Under the pieces are notes generated by a model. It saw only the letters and a program-made list of their open reading frames with translations, did no database searches and was not told the origin of the DNA. A stretch of DNA of 64,000 nucleotides from Clostridia bacterium (lineage in GTDB: Bacteria > Bacillota > Clostridia > Lutisporales > Lutisporaceae), in contig DASPLL010000087.1 of NCBI GenBank assembly GCA_035627615.1, forward strand, positions 413-64,412, written 5' to 3'. Positions 11,288-19,508 of the stretch are shown here, piece by piece. How positions within the stretch are numbered: position 1 is the first letter of the stretch; each line of letters begins with the position of its first letter. The position numbers were made by a program, and so were the translations under genes.

Positions 11288-11728
11288 ATGGTACTGGTGG
11301 GGGTTTCACGGGTTATTGTTTTCAGACTGGGTGATGTGGAGTATGGAATAAGTACACTCAAGGTACAGGTGATAGAGCCATATAAGAAACCAACAAAAAT
11401 ACCTGGTGCTCCGGAGTATATTGAGGGGATCATCAGCCTTAAGGGAGATATTGTTGTTTTAGTAAATCTCAAGATTATGCTTTGTAAAGCAGATTGTCAA
11501 ATTGAGGATAATTCATGGATAGTAGTAGTGAATTCTCCGGATTTTCAGGTAGGTTTTACAACTGATAGTGAGCCAAAGGCCGAGGATTTGGACACTGATA
11601 GTATATTGCTGGCGCCGGATTCTTCCGCTGGAGCAGGTAATAGCTGTGAAGGAGCTATAAGCAGAAGCGGGAAAAGGAAAGTTATAATACTTGATACGGA
11701 TGAACTGGTAGAGAAAATAGAAATATAA
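11288..11728 (+). CDS. CheW-like coupling protein (second copy, divergent)
   Basis: The track ORF starts at TTG 11234, but ATG 11288 directly follows AAGGGAG. CheW fold (VIVFRLGDVEYGISTLKVQVIE ... YIEGIISLKGDIVVLVNLK). Confidence 0.8.
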   Translation: MVLVGVSRVIVFRLGDVEYGISTLKVQVIEPYKKPTKIPGAPEYIEGIISLKGDIVVLVNLKIMLCKADCQIEDNSWIVVVNSPDFQVGFTTDSEPKAEDLDTDSILLAPDSSAGAGNSCEGAISRSGKRKVIILDTDELVEKIEI

Positions 11729-11799
11729 AGATTTTAATGTTTTCATAGTGTGAATAACATTATACAACATAAATCTGTTTTGGTTAAGCGGGGGGAAAT

Positions 11800-12039
11800 G
11801 TGTTCGGTTATTCTTCTTATTATGCGTTCCTTATGTTATCATTCATTATTACAGCCTTATTGGGCCTGATCGCATTACAGCGAAGTGTGAACAGAGGGGC
11901 TGTTGCTTTTGCGTGTTTAATGTTCGGAACTGCATTATTTTCTTTTTGTTATATATTTAAAGCATCAAGTTTATCGGTATACGAAGCAAAAAGCAGAGGC
12001 AGAAACTACACATGCCTTTTTACAGGGGAGCTTAGCTAA
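11800..12039 (+). pseudogene. Internally deleted paralog of the 9652..11208 diguanylate cyclase (first ~60 codons fused in frame to the last ~18)
   Basis: Region 11783-11969 aligns to 9635-9821 at a constant offset of 2148 bp, including the RBS. The 3' end aligns to 11150-11208 (YEAKSRGRNYTCLFTG versus YDAKRRGRNCTCLFTW). PAS and GGDEF are absent. Confidence 0.85.
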
Positions 12040-12248
12040 TGCAGGGGACCGGCCGCCCAGAGCTCTGGAAATATAATGAGTGGGGCATTAAGCACCACGG
12101 TATTAAATATAAATACTACAGTTATTGATATCTGCTGTATTTATATTTTTATTTTTGTCCAATGATTATTGGAATATTTCCAGGCATATGTTATAGGATA
12201 TAGTAAATGATTTACCGGCTGATAATTAAGATGTAGGGAGTGGTAGGT

Positions 12249-12488
12249 ATGGTCAAGATATCGGAGCTCAAACAGAGGGAAGTAATAAATATCAATGACG
12301 GCAGAAGGCTTGGAATTGTATACGATGTAGAGATAGACATGGAAAAAGGCAAGATAGATGCTATAGTGATACCGGGGACAGGGAGGGTATTGGGTCTGTT
12401 CAGCAAAGAAAGTGATATAGTGGTCAATTGGGAGAATATAAAGAAAATCGGTATGGATGTGATACTCATTGAGGGAGGAGGGTATTGA
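12249..12488 (+). CDS. ylmC: YlmC/YmxH-family sporulation protein (PRC-barrel)
   Basis: MVKISELKQREVININDGRRLGIVYDVEIDMEKGKIDAIVIPG is the typical YlmC/YmxH signature. ATG 12249 follows GGGAG (track start is GTG 12240). Confidence 0.85.
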   Translation: MVKISELKQREVININDGRRLGIVYDVEIDMEKGKIDAIVIPGTGRVLGLFSKESDIVVNWENIKKIGMDVILIEGGGY

Positions 12489-12572
12489 AGTCACTAGTCG
12501 CTAGTCTCCAGTCACTAGATTTGGATATGCCTTCGAAGTCTAAGACGGATTCTAGAGAACGAGATTACAAAA

Positions 12573-12595
12573 AGCGACATTGTCGCTTTTTTTGT
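12573..12595 (+). terminator. Rho-independent terminator after ylmC
   Basis: Stem agcgac / gtcgct with a 3-nt loop, followed by a T7 run. Confidence 0.7.
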
Positions 12596-12713
12596 GTTTT
12601 TTATGACAACAGGAGAAAGGAAAAGAATAGCAGAGGTAGTATATATTATTCCATTATTTTGGTATATTAGTAAGGATGATTTTACTATATCATGTATAAT
12701 ATAATACAATAGA

Positions 12714-12730
12714 GCACAATATATTGGTGC
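12714..12730 (+). promoter_or_regulatory. NrdR-box-like palindrome upstream of nrdR-nrdDG
   Basis: gCACAATATATTGgTGc matches the acaCwAtATaTwGtgt NrdR box. It lies 14 nt downstream of a TATAAT hexamer (12695-12700). Confidence 0.55.
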
Positions 12731-12819
12731 AAAAATAGGAGTGGAGACTCATACAAATAGTAATATTATCTCTGTTATTACGACATAATCTTCCATATAC
12801 TTAGAAGGGAGGGGGACTA

Positions 12820-13275
12820 TTGAAGTGTCCTTATTGTGGATATAGTGAAAGTAAAGTGGTAGACTCAAGGCCTACAGATGAGGAAGCAGCGATAAGAAGA
12901 AGGCGTGAATGTGAAAAATGCGGAAAGAGATTCACTACCTATGAGAAAATAGAAGAAATGCCTCTTATCATAGTCAAGAAGGATGGCAGCAGGGAAATCT
13001 ATCAGAGAAGCAAGATGATGACCGGGCTTTTAAGAGCTTGTGAGAAGAGACCTGTTTCAATATCCCAGATCGAAGAGATAGCCGATGAAATTGAAAAAGA
13101 GTTATATAATTCCATGGAGAAGGAAATAGACAGTAAGAAAATTGGTGAATTGGTTATGAGCAGGCTTAAAAAAGTTGATGATGTCGCATATGTACGGTTT
13201 GCTTCTGTATATAGGCAGTTTAAGGACATCAATACTTTTTTGGAGGAGTTAAACAAACTAATAAACGAAAGATAG
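12820..13275 (+). CDS. nrdR: Transcriptional repressor NrdR
   Basis: TTG start after GGGAGGGGG. Zinc ribbon [19 protein letters not shown] ... [17 protein letters not shown] plus an ATP-cone. Confidence 0.95.
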   Translation: MKCPYCGYSESKVVDSRPTDEEAAIRRRRECEKCGKRFTTYEKIEEMPLIIVKKDGSREIYQRSKMMTGLLRACEKRPVSISQIEEIADEIEKELYNSMEKEIDSKKIGELVMSRLKKVDDVAYVRFASVYRQFKDINTFLEELNKLINER

Positions 13276-13286
13276 GGGGAAGCTGA

Positions 13287-15308
13287 ATGTTCACAAAAAT
13301 ACGCAAAAGGGATGGTAGAGTAGTAGATTTTACAAAAGAGAAGATTACCAGTGCAATATTCAAGGCAGCGCGGCAGGTAGGGGGAGAAGACTACGAAACC
13401 GCGGAGAACCTTACGGAAAGAGTGATTTCCTATCTTTTCAAGCACATCAAGGATGAGATTCCGGATGTGGAAACAGTTCAGGATGCAGTGGAGAAGGTCT
13501 TGATTGAGACAGGCCACGCAAAGACTGCTAAAACGTACATATTGTATAGGTCAAAAAGAACCAGGATAAGAGAGACGAAAAGTGAGCTGATGGATGTAGT
13601 TAAGGACATATTGGTGGAAACCAGCAGAGATAACGCCAATGTGGGCAATTCACCATCTGCGAAGATGCTGCAGATTGCTTCGGCGGCCAGCAAGCATTAC
13701 TATCTTAACAATGTAATTCCGGAAGAAATGAGCAGGGCACATATTGTTGGGGACATTCATATACATGATTTGGATTACTATGGCAAGACGTTGAATTGCC
13801 TTCAGATAGATCTTACCAAACTCCTGAAAGACGGCTTCAATACAGGCTATGGGTTTATAAGGCCTCCCAAAAGAATAGGCTCGGCAGCCGCACAAGCCGC
13901 AATAATACTTCAGAGCAATCAGAATGACATGTTCGGAGGCCAGAGCTTTCCGCATTTTGATAAGAGCATGGGCGAGGTAATTAGAAATCAATGCCCCGAT
14001 ACCACTGATGATGAGATATTTCAGGCAATGGAGGGTTTAGTATACAATCTTAATACAATGCACAGCAGGGCTGGTGCACAGGTGCCCTTCAGCAGCATCA
14101 ACCTGGGTACCGATACCACTCCTGAGGGAAGAAAAATATGTGAGGCAATGCTTAAGGCTTTTGGTAAAGGCCTTGGAAAAGGAGAGAGCCCTATATTCCC
14201 CAACCTGGTTTTCCGGTTGAAGGAAGGTATAAATATGAATGAAGGGGAGCCTAACTACGATCTGTTCCAGCTTGCTATAAATGTTGCATCCAGGAGGATG
14301 AACCCTACCTTTAGCTTTATGGACGCCAGCTTCAACAAGCGCTTCGGAGACGAGGTTGCTTATATGGGCTGCCGTTCAAGGGTAATAGCAAACAGGCATG
14401 GAGCTGAAAAATCAGCTACCAGGGGGAATATCGCACCGGTTACTATAAATCTTCCCAAGCTGGCATTGAAGACAAAAGATATAGATGTTTTCTTCATGGA
14501 ACTGAACAATATTTTAGACTTATGCAGCAGACAGCTGGTGCACAGGTTCAATGTAATTGCCGCTCTCAAGGTAAAGGATCTGCCTTTCTTGATGGGACAG
14601 AAGCTTTACATGGGCTCTGAAAGCTTAAAGGACCTTGATGAGATAAGAGAAGCGATAAAGAACGGAACCCTGGCAATAGGCTTCATAGGACTTGCTGAAG
14701 CACTCATAGTCCTTACCGGAAAGCATCATGGCGAGGATGAGGAGTCATGGAAGCTGGGTTACCAGATCATAGAGGGTATTAAAAAAGCCGCAGATAACTA
14801 CGCCGAGCAATACGACCTGAATTTTGTAGCTTATGCCACACCGGCGGAAGGAACCAGCGGAAGGTTCATTGAAAAGGACAGAAAGGAATTCGGAATAGTA
14901 AAGGGAGTTACCGACAAGGCGTATTACACCAACTCCTATCATATCCCGGTTGGTTACCAGATAAGCGCCTTCGAAAAGATAGAAAAGGAAGCTCCCTTCC
15001 ATAAGCTGTGTGCTGCGGGACATATCTCCTATGTGGAGCTGCCTTCATCGCCTAAGAGCAACCTGCAGGCTTTTGAGAAAATAATAAAGCATATGGCAAA
15101 ATGCGATATAGGCTATGCAGGAATAAACTTCCCTATCGACGAATGCAGAAGCTGCGGAGTCTCAGGAATCATCGACAATGACTGTGTAAGCTGCGGCAGT
15201 GAAGATATAAGGAGAATAAGAAGGATTACAGGCTACCTTTCAACTATTGACAGATTCAATGATGCCAAGCAGGCAGAACTTGCAGACAGGGTGAAACACG
15301 CATTTTAA
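13287..15308 (+). CDS. nrdD: Anaerobic ribonucleoside-triphosphate reductase (class III)
   Basis: N-terminal ATP-cone, a C-terminal CxxC...CxxC zinc site (CRSCGVSG..CVSCGS) and the glycyl-radical motif RRITGYLS. Confidence 0.95.
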   Translation: MFTKIRKRDGRVVDFTKEKITSAIFKAARQVGGEDYETAENLTERVISYLFKHIKDEIPDVETVQDAVEKVLIETGHAKTAKTYILYRSKRTRIRETKSELMDVVKDILVETSRDNANVGNSPSAKMLQIASAASKHYYLNNVIPEEMSRAHIVGDIHIHDLDYYGKTLNCLQIDLTKLLKDGFNTGYGFIRPPKRIGSAAAQAAIILQSNQNDMFGGQSFPHFDKSMGEVIRNQCPDTTDDEIFQAMEGLVYNLNTMHSRAGAQVPFSSINLGTDTTPEGRKICEAMLKAFGKGLGKGESPIFPNLVFRLKEGINMNEGEPNYDLFQLAINVASRRMNPTFSFMDASFNKRFGDEVAYMGCRSRVIANRHGAEKSATRGNIAPVTINLPKLALKTKDIDVFFMELNNILDLCSRQLVHRFNVIAALKVKDLPFLMGQKLYMGSESLKDLDEIREAIKNGTLAIGFIGLAEALIVLTGKHHGEDEESWKLGYQIIEGIKKAADNYAEQYDLNFVAYATPAEGTSGRFIEKDRKEFGIVKGVTDKAYYTNSYHIPVGYQISAFEKIEKEAPFHKLCAAGHISYVELPSSPKSNLQAFEKIIKHMAKCDIGYAGINFPIDECRSCGVSGIIDNDCVSCGSEDIRRIRRITGYLSTIDRFNDAKQAELADRVKHAF

Positions 15309-15326
15309 TTTTGGGGAGGCATCAAT

Positions 15327-15839
15327 ATGGAATTGAGAGTGGCCGGTATTGTTAAGGAAAGCGTAGTGGACGGCCCGGGTTTCAGATATGTGATATTCGC
15401 TCAGGGCTGCAACCACCATTGTAAAGGCTGCCATAACCCCGACACCCATGCATTGGATGGAGGCTATGTGGTAGATACTGATAGTATAATAGAAGATATA
15501 AAGCAAAACAGATATATCGACGGAGTGACCTTCTCAGGAGGGGAACCCTTCCTTCAGGCGGACACCTTTGTACATATTGCGGAAAAACTTAAGGAAACCG
15601 GCACAAATATTATATGCTACACCGGATATACCTTTGAAGAACTGATTGAGGAAAAGGATGAGAACCGGATGAAGCTTCTGGCGCTTGTAGACATGCTGGT
15701 TGACGGTCCCTATATTGAAGAACTGAAAGATCTGAGCCTGACCTACAGGGGCTCCAGAAACCAAAGGCTGATAGATGTGAAAAGCAGCATGAAAGAAAAG
15801 ACGGTAGTACTGGAGAAGCTTTATAGAGATGCTGTATAA
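15327..15839 (+). CDS. nrdG: Anaerobic RNR activating radical-SAM protein
   Basis: 170 aa with a CxxxCxxC-type cluster motif (FAQGCNHHCKGCHNP). Immediately downstream of nrdD. Confidence 0.92.
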   Translation: MELRVAGIVKESVVDGPGFRYVIFAQGCNHHCKGCHNPDTHALDGGYVVDTDSIIEDIKQNRYIDGVTFSGGEPFLQADTFVHIAEKLKETGTNIICYTGYTFEELIEEKDENRMKLLALVDMLVDGPYIEELKDLSLTYRGSRNQRLIDVKSSMKEKTVVLEKLYRDAV

Positions 15840-15872
15840 GATCGGGGGATTTATCCCCCGATCTTATTTTTA
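15840..15872 (+). terminator. Rho-independent terminator of nrdR-nrdDG, overlapping the 3' end of the convergent GNAT gene
   Basis: Perfect 10-bp stem gatcggggga / tcccccgatc (15840-15849 / 15854-15863) followed by ttattttt. Confidence 0.8.
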
Positions 15873-16393
15873 AATTCCTCCCTCAGGATACCCATTACAA
15901 TTGTGTCGTAGTACCTGCCGTCCCTGAATATTTCCTGCCTCAATAACCCCTCTCTTTTAAAGCCGCACTTTTCATAGCTCCTTAGCGCCTGTTCATTAAA
16001 GGAATATACATTAAGACGGAGCTTATTGATATTCATCTGGTTGAAAGCGAAGGCCATCAATATTTGCATGGCTTCAGTGCCGTAACCTCTGCCGCGGTAT
16101 GCTTTGCTGCCAATGAAAATTACTGCGCTGGCGACACTGTTTTTCCAGTCGACACTATTTATACCGCAGTCACCGATATAAAGCCCCTCAGCTATAGCCT
16201 CTACCGCAAATCTGTAAGAGTCCTTAAAGGCAGAGACAGCCTCGAACCACTTAAGCTCTTCATTGAAGGTCAAGGGATAGGGGATGCCGGATTCCAGATA
16301 TCTTAAGATCTCGGGATCGTTGATATAATTATACCTGAGGTCTATGTCCTCTCTTCTGTATTCTCTTAATCTTACCAGTTTTCCATCAAACAC
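15851..16393 (-). CDS. GNAT-family N-acetyltransferase (RimJ/RimL-like)
   Basis: 180 aa with an acetyl-CoA binding motif region (RGRGYGTEAMQILMAFAFNQMNINKLRLNVYSFNEQALRSYEKCGF). Confidence 0.85.
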   Translation of the reverse strand: MFDGKLVRLREYRREDIDLRYNYINDPEILRYLESGIPYPLTFNEELKWFEAVSAFKDSYRFAVEAIAEGLYIGDCGINSVDWKNSVASAVIFIGSKAYRGRGYGTEAMQILMAFAFNQMNINKLRLNVYSFNEQALRSYEKCGFKREGLLRQEIFRDGRYYDTIVMGILREEFKNKIGG

Positions 16394-16564
16394 ATGTTGT
16401 CCTCCTCACAGGTGAATTAATAATTGTATATTCATTAATTGTAAAGCGGTACAATCCATATCCTTGCAGGATTATACTGCCCCAAACTTAATCCGAATAT
16501 TAGTGTATTGAACGCATATAAGTATTTCTCACGGGTAAAGTGCGAATTCAATAATGGACAAGGA

Positions 16565-16614
16565 AGCGTTTTGCGGAATTTATACACCCAAAATAAGGTT
16601 TTCCGCAAAACGCT
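16565..16614. repeat. Perfect 14-bp inverted repeat with a 22-nt spacer in the GNAT / DUF2935 divergent intergenic region
   Basis: agcgttttgcggaa (16565-16578) and ttccgcaaaacgct (16601-16614). Confidence 0.8.
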
Positions 16615-16695
16615 GAAGTGTAACATATGCAGCACCTGTGGAATATTATAGTAATGATATTATGGTTCAGGAATAAAAAAGAGAAGGGGGATACT

Positions 16696-17622
16696 GTGTT
16701 ATCAGATAAGGAATATATCAAGCATTCTCTGGAGACGAATCTGTTTTTCCTCAGAATTGCAAAGGAACATGCAATTTTTGCTGCTGCTTCTATGACTCCA
16801 AGGGACCGGGCAATAGCGGGCAGACTGGTTGCTATGAAGAACAGCTTTGAGGAGCTGCTGTCTGAGGTCATTGAACTGGCAGACAGGGCTGTAAGTCATG
16901 AAGTACTGGCTTCTGACGAGCTGGTTACTGATTTTACACTGGCGGCAGAGATAAAAACTCAGTTTTTGACGGGAATTCCTATAAATACTGGGCTGACCAG
17001 ACGAGAGCTGGAGCTGAGAGGTGAAAAGACAGACAGAAAGCCGGATGAGCTTTGTGAAAAGGCAGCTGCACTTAACAGAAGAGCTATAGCCATGACAAAG
17101 GCTGCCATTGCTCTTAAAAGCAAGCTTCTTAAAAACATAACCGAGTGTAGGGCATTCAGCTATACTTACCCGTCGATGCTTGAGCATGTTATAGAAGAGG
17201 AGCAGTACTATGTCATGCTGCTTGAGAAGCTGGAGAAAAGGGATTTCATTGACAGTGTGAAGGAGATAATTGAAGAGGAGATAAACTGGAATCATCTTAT
17301 GGAAGAGCACAGTGAGTTTATCAGGGGGTATCTGGATCCTGAAGAAGAAAAGCTCTTCAATAATGCAAACAGTTTTGTAAAGGAATTTGATATGCTTGTG
17401 GAAAAGACAGAGAAGGCAGCTGATAATCCCAGTATACTTTCGGAGGTTACCAGGGAGAGCCTGAAGGATGTCACTGCGCTCAGAAACTTCAAAGCACAGG
17501 GGACTCAGGGGATACTCACCTGCAAGATAAAATCCCTGATACCTCCGCTGCTGTCAGATCATGTGACAAGGGAAGCCAACCATTTTCTGAGACTGCTTAA
17601 AACCTTCGAAAAGATGGTTTAG
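16696..17622 (+). CDS. Helical-repeat hypothetical protein, probably DUF2935 family
   Basis: GTG 16696 lies 5 nt after AGGGGGA (track start 16627 has no RBS). Repeated EH-containing helices (LRIAKEHAIFAA; MLEHVIEEEQYY; LMEEHSEFIRGYL; TREANHFLRLL). The family name is from memory and unverified. Confidence 0.6.
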   Translation: MLSDKEYIKHSLETNLFFLRIAKEHAIFAAASMTPRDRAIAGRLVAMKNSFEELLSEVIELADRAVSHEVLASDELVTDFTLAAEIKTQFLTGIPINTGLTRRELELRGEKTDRKPDELCEKAAALNRRAIAMTKAAIALKSKLLKNITECRAFSYTYPSMLEHVIEEEQYYVMLLEKLEKRDFIDSVKEIIEEEINWNHLMEEHSEFIRGYLDPEEEKLFNNANSFVKEFDMLVEKTEKAADNPSILSEVTRESLKDVTALRNFKAQGTQGILTCKIKSLIPPLLSDHVTREANHFLRLLKTFEKMV

Positions 17623-17707
17623 CGGCTGATTTTCCAGATTGGCAGAAAATAAACCGAGGATAGTCTGAAGACTTATCTATGGGATATATTACCTACAAAA
17701 TTTGACA

Positions 17708-17737
17708 AAAAGTACTATAATTATTTATAGTACTTTT
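17708..17737 (+). terminator. Hairpin (putative terminator) downstream of the DUF2935-like gene
   Basis: Perfect 13-bp AT-rich stem aaaagtactataa / ttatagtactttt with loop ttat. The T-run is part of the stem. Confidence 0.45.
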
Positions 17738-17902
17738 ATTAATATAATAGGACTTGCATAAATATACCCTGTATGGGTAATTGACCTTATGCTGTAGGTA
17801 TTTGTACTGCAATGTAAAATGAGCAATTTGAGGGATGGTGCCATTACGTAATTATGAGTAGAATGTATATACAAACAGAAAAATTTAAAGGAGGCGACAT
17901 AG

Positions 17903-18085
17903 ATGATGATGAGATTATATAATTTCTGGTATGAAATAAAGCAAAATCTGACGAATAAGAAGGGACAGGGCATGGTTGAGTACGCACTGATCATAGGTTT
18001 GATCGCAGTAGTACTTATAGTGGTCCTGGGAGATATGGGTACAGCTATTCAACTTAAATTCCAGGAAATAGTTAATAATCTCTAA
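17903..18085 (+). CDS. flp: Flp-family type IVb pilin
   Basis: 60 aa. Flp prepilin motif KGQG|MVEYALIIGLIAVVLIVVL (G/xxxEY) after a basic leader. RBS AGGAGG. Confidence 0.9.
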   Translation: MMMRLYNFWYEIKQNLTNKKGQGMVEYALIIGLIAVVLIVVLGDMGTAIQLKFQEIVNNL

Positions 18086-18126
18086 CAGCATTATCCAAAG
18101 CATTCAAAGTAACAGCCAACAATCTC

Positions 18127-18155
18127 GACCCTACTTGATTTTATCCGGTAGGGTC
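18127..18155 (+). terminator. Hairpin after flp (possible partial terminator or mRNA stabiliser)
   Basis: Stem gaccctac / gtagggtc (8 bp, 13-nt loop) followed by atttcatctatt. Confidence 0.4.
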
Positions 18156-18195
18156 ATTTCATCTATTAAATCAGGTGAAAGGAAGGAGGTAGGCC

Positions 18196-18579
18196 ATGAT
18201 ATTGAATAGGAAAGGGCAGTCAATGGTAGAGATGGCACTTATATTACCTCTTATAATACTGTTATTGATGGGAATGGTAGAGTTCTCAAGGATTTTCGGC
18301 TCCTATCTTCTTGTGGCCCATGCGTCACGGGAGGGTGCGAGGCAGGCGGCCATAGGCCTGACAGATGCTGAGGTTCAGGCAAATGTGGCAAGCAAAGTCA
18401 GCATATTGAACTTAAGTGAACTGCAGGTAATACTGACTCCTGGAGACAGTGAAAGAATCACCGGAGAAGATGTCAGGGTATGTGTAAAGTATAGGCTGGA
18501 GATATATGCTCCTGTTATCAGCAGTATTGTTTCAAATCCATTCGAAATGGAAGCTAATACTTATATGAGGGTGGAATGA
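18196..18579 (+). CDS. TadE-like pseudopilin
   Basis: RKGQSMVEMALILPLIILLLMGMVEFSRIF is the typical TadE N-terminus. Confidence 0.85.
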   Translation: MILNRKGQSMVEMALILPLIILLLMGMVEFSRIFGSYLLVAHASREGARQAAIGLTDAEVQANVASKVSILNLSELQVILTPGDSERITGEDVRVCVKYRLEIYAPVISSIVSNPFEMEANTYMRVE

Positions 18580-18580
18580 T

Positions 18581-19492
18581 ATGAAACATTTGAACAATAA
18601 AAAAGGCAGCAGCTCAATAATTCTCTTGTTCATGGTTGTTGGCATAGCAGGCTTGATGACACTTACAGCAGATGCAGGCCTGCTTTATCTGGAGAAGAGC
18701 AAGCTGCAGAATGCCGTGGATTCTGCAGCATTGGCAGCTGTATCCGTATATGGGGACGGACAGGAGAAAATGTTGGAGGAAGCCTTTAAATATGCTGAGC
18801 TGAATGGGATTCCGGCTGAGAGGCTTACAGTAGAAATACAGGAAGATGATAACAAGGTTACTGTATGCAGCAGCAAGTCGGTTACGCTGTATTTTGCGAA
18901 AATATTCGGCATATCCGATGCTGATGTGGCGATAAGGGCTTCCGCGATTACTGGTCCCATAGTATCATTGAAGGGGATACGCCCCTTCGGGATTGAGGAA
19001 CAGGAGTTCACATATGGTGAGACCTATACTCTGAAGAATGGTGGCGGAGAAGGAAATACCGGCAATTACGGAGCATTGGCCCTGGGTGGGACCGGAGCCT
19101 GTGCATACAGAATCAACCTGATAAATGGATATGATGGTCATATGATAAAAATAGGAGATGAGATAGAAACAGAGACAGGAAATATGAATGGCGCCACTTT
19201 TGATGGGATAAATGAATTGTTGGATTCTGATTCCTTTGTGCATGGTGAAGACCTTTCACAGCTTGAAGCAGACTGTCCCAGGTTGATAAAAATACCCGTG
19301 GTGGATTCCTTCAGTGTTGCCGGCAGGACTACAGTGAAGGTTGTTGGGTTTGCAGCCTTCTTTCTGGATGATGTAGTGAGAAGAAGCGGAAGGACTGAGA
19401 TAACAGGACGGTTTGTCAGGAGGATCAGTGAAGGAGAAGTTGACGAAAGCGCTGAAGGATATGGCCTGGTCGGAGTAAAGCTGGTTGAGTAG
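18581..19492 (+). CDS. TadG-like / Tad_N pilus assembly protein
   Basis: N-terminus KKGSSSIILLFMVVGIAGLMTLTADAGLLYLEKSKLQNAVDSAALAA (Tad_N motif). The start is 1 nt after the tadE stop. Confidence 0.75.
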   Translation: MKHLNNKKGSSSIILLFMVVGIAGLMTLTADAGLLYLEKSKLQNAVDSAALAAVSVYGDGQEKMLEEAFKYAELNGIPAERLTVEIQEDDNKVTVCSSKSVTLYFAKIFGISDADVAIRASAITGPIVSLKGIRPFGIEEQEFTYGETYTLKNGGGEGNTGNYGALALGGTGACAYRINLINGYDGHMIKIGDEIETETGNMNGATFDGINELLDSDSFVHGEDLSQLEADCPRLIKIPVVDSFSVAGRTTVKVVGFAAFFLDDVVRRSGRTEITGRFVRRISEGEVDESAEGYGLVGVKLVE

Positions 19493-19508
19493 CGTAGGAG
19501 AGGTGGAT

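Noticed and set aside
12141-12494. 117-aa and 85-aa minus-strand ORFs opposite ylmC
   Set aside because: They are antisense to a well-recognised YlmC/YmxH gene, have low-complexity translations and have no RBS.
12489-12518. Short direct repeat agtcactag ... agtcactag with a ctag-rich centre just after the ylmC stop
   Set aside because: It has only 9-bp units, one occurrence and no partner elsewhere in the window. It cannot be distinguished from chance.
12485-12670. 61-aa plus-strand ORF after ylmC
   Set aside because: It runs through the ylmC terminator hairpin and T-tract. It has no RBS and an implausible composition.
12745-12770. Second NrdR box about 32 bp downstream of the first
   Set aside because: The sequence atacaaatagtaatattat does not keep the CAC...GTG ends of the consensus.
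16627-16695. Upstream extension of the DUF2935-like ORF. Similar extensions occur at 36568-36720 for the dGTPase, 21499-21549 for cpaF, 23826-23885 for tadC and 11234-11287 for CheW
   Set aside because: The extensions lack an RBS, overlap upstream genes or add non-conserved-looking residues. Internal starts with good Shine-Dalgarno sequences were preferred.
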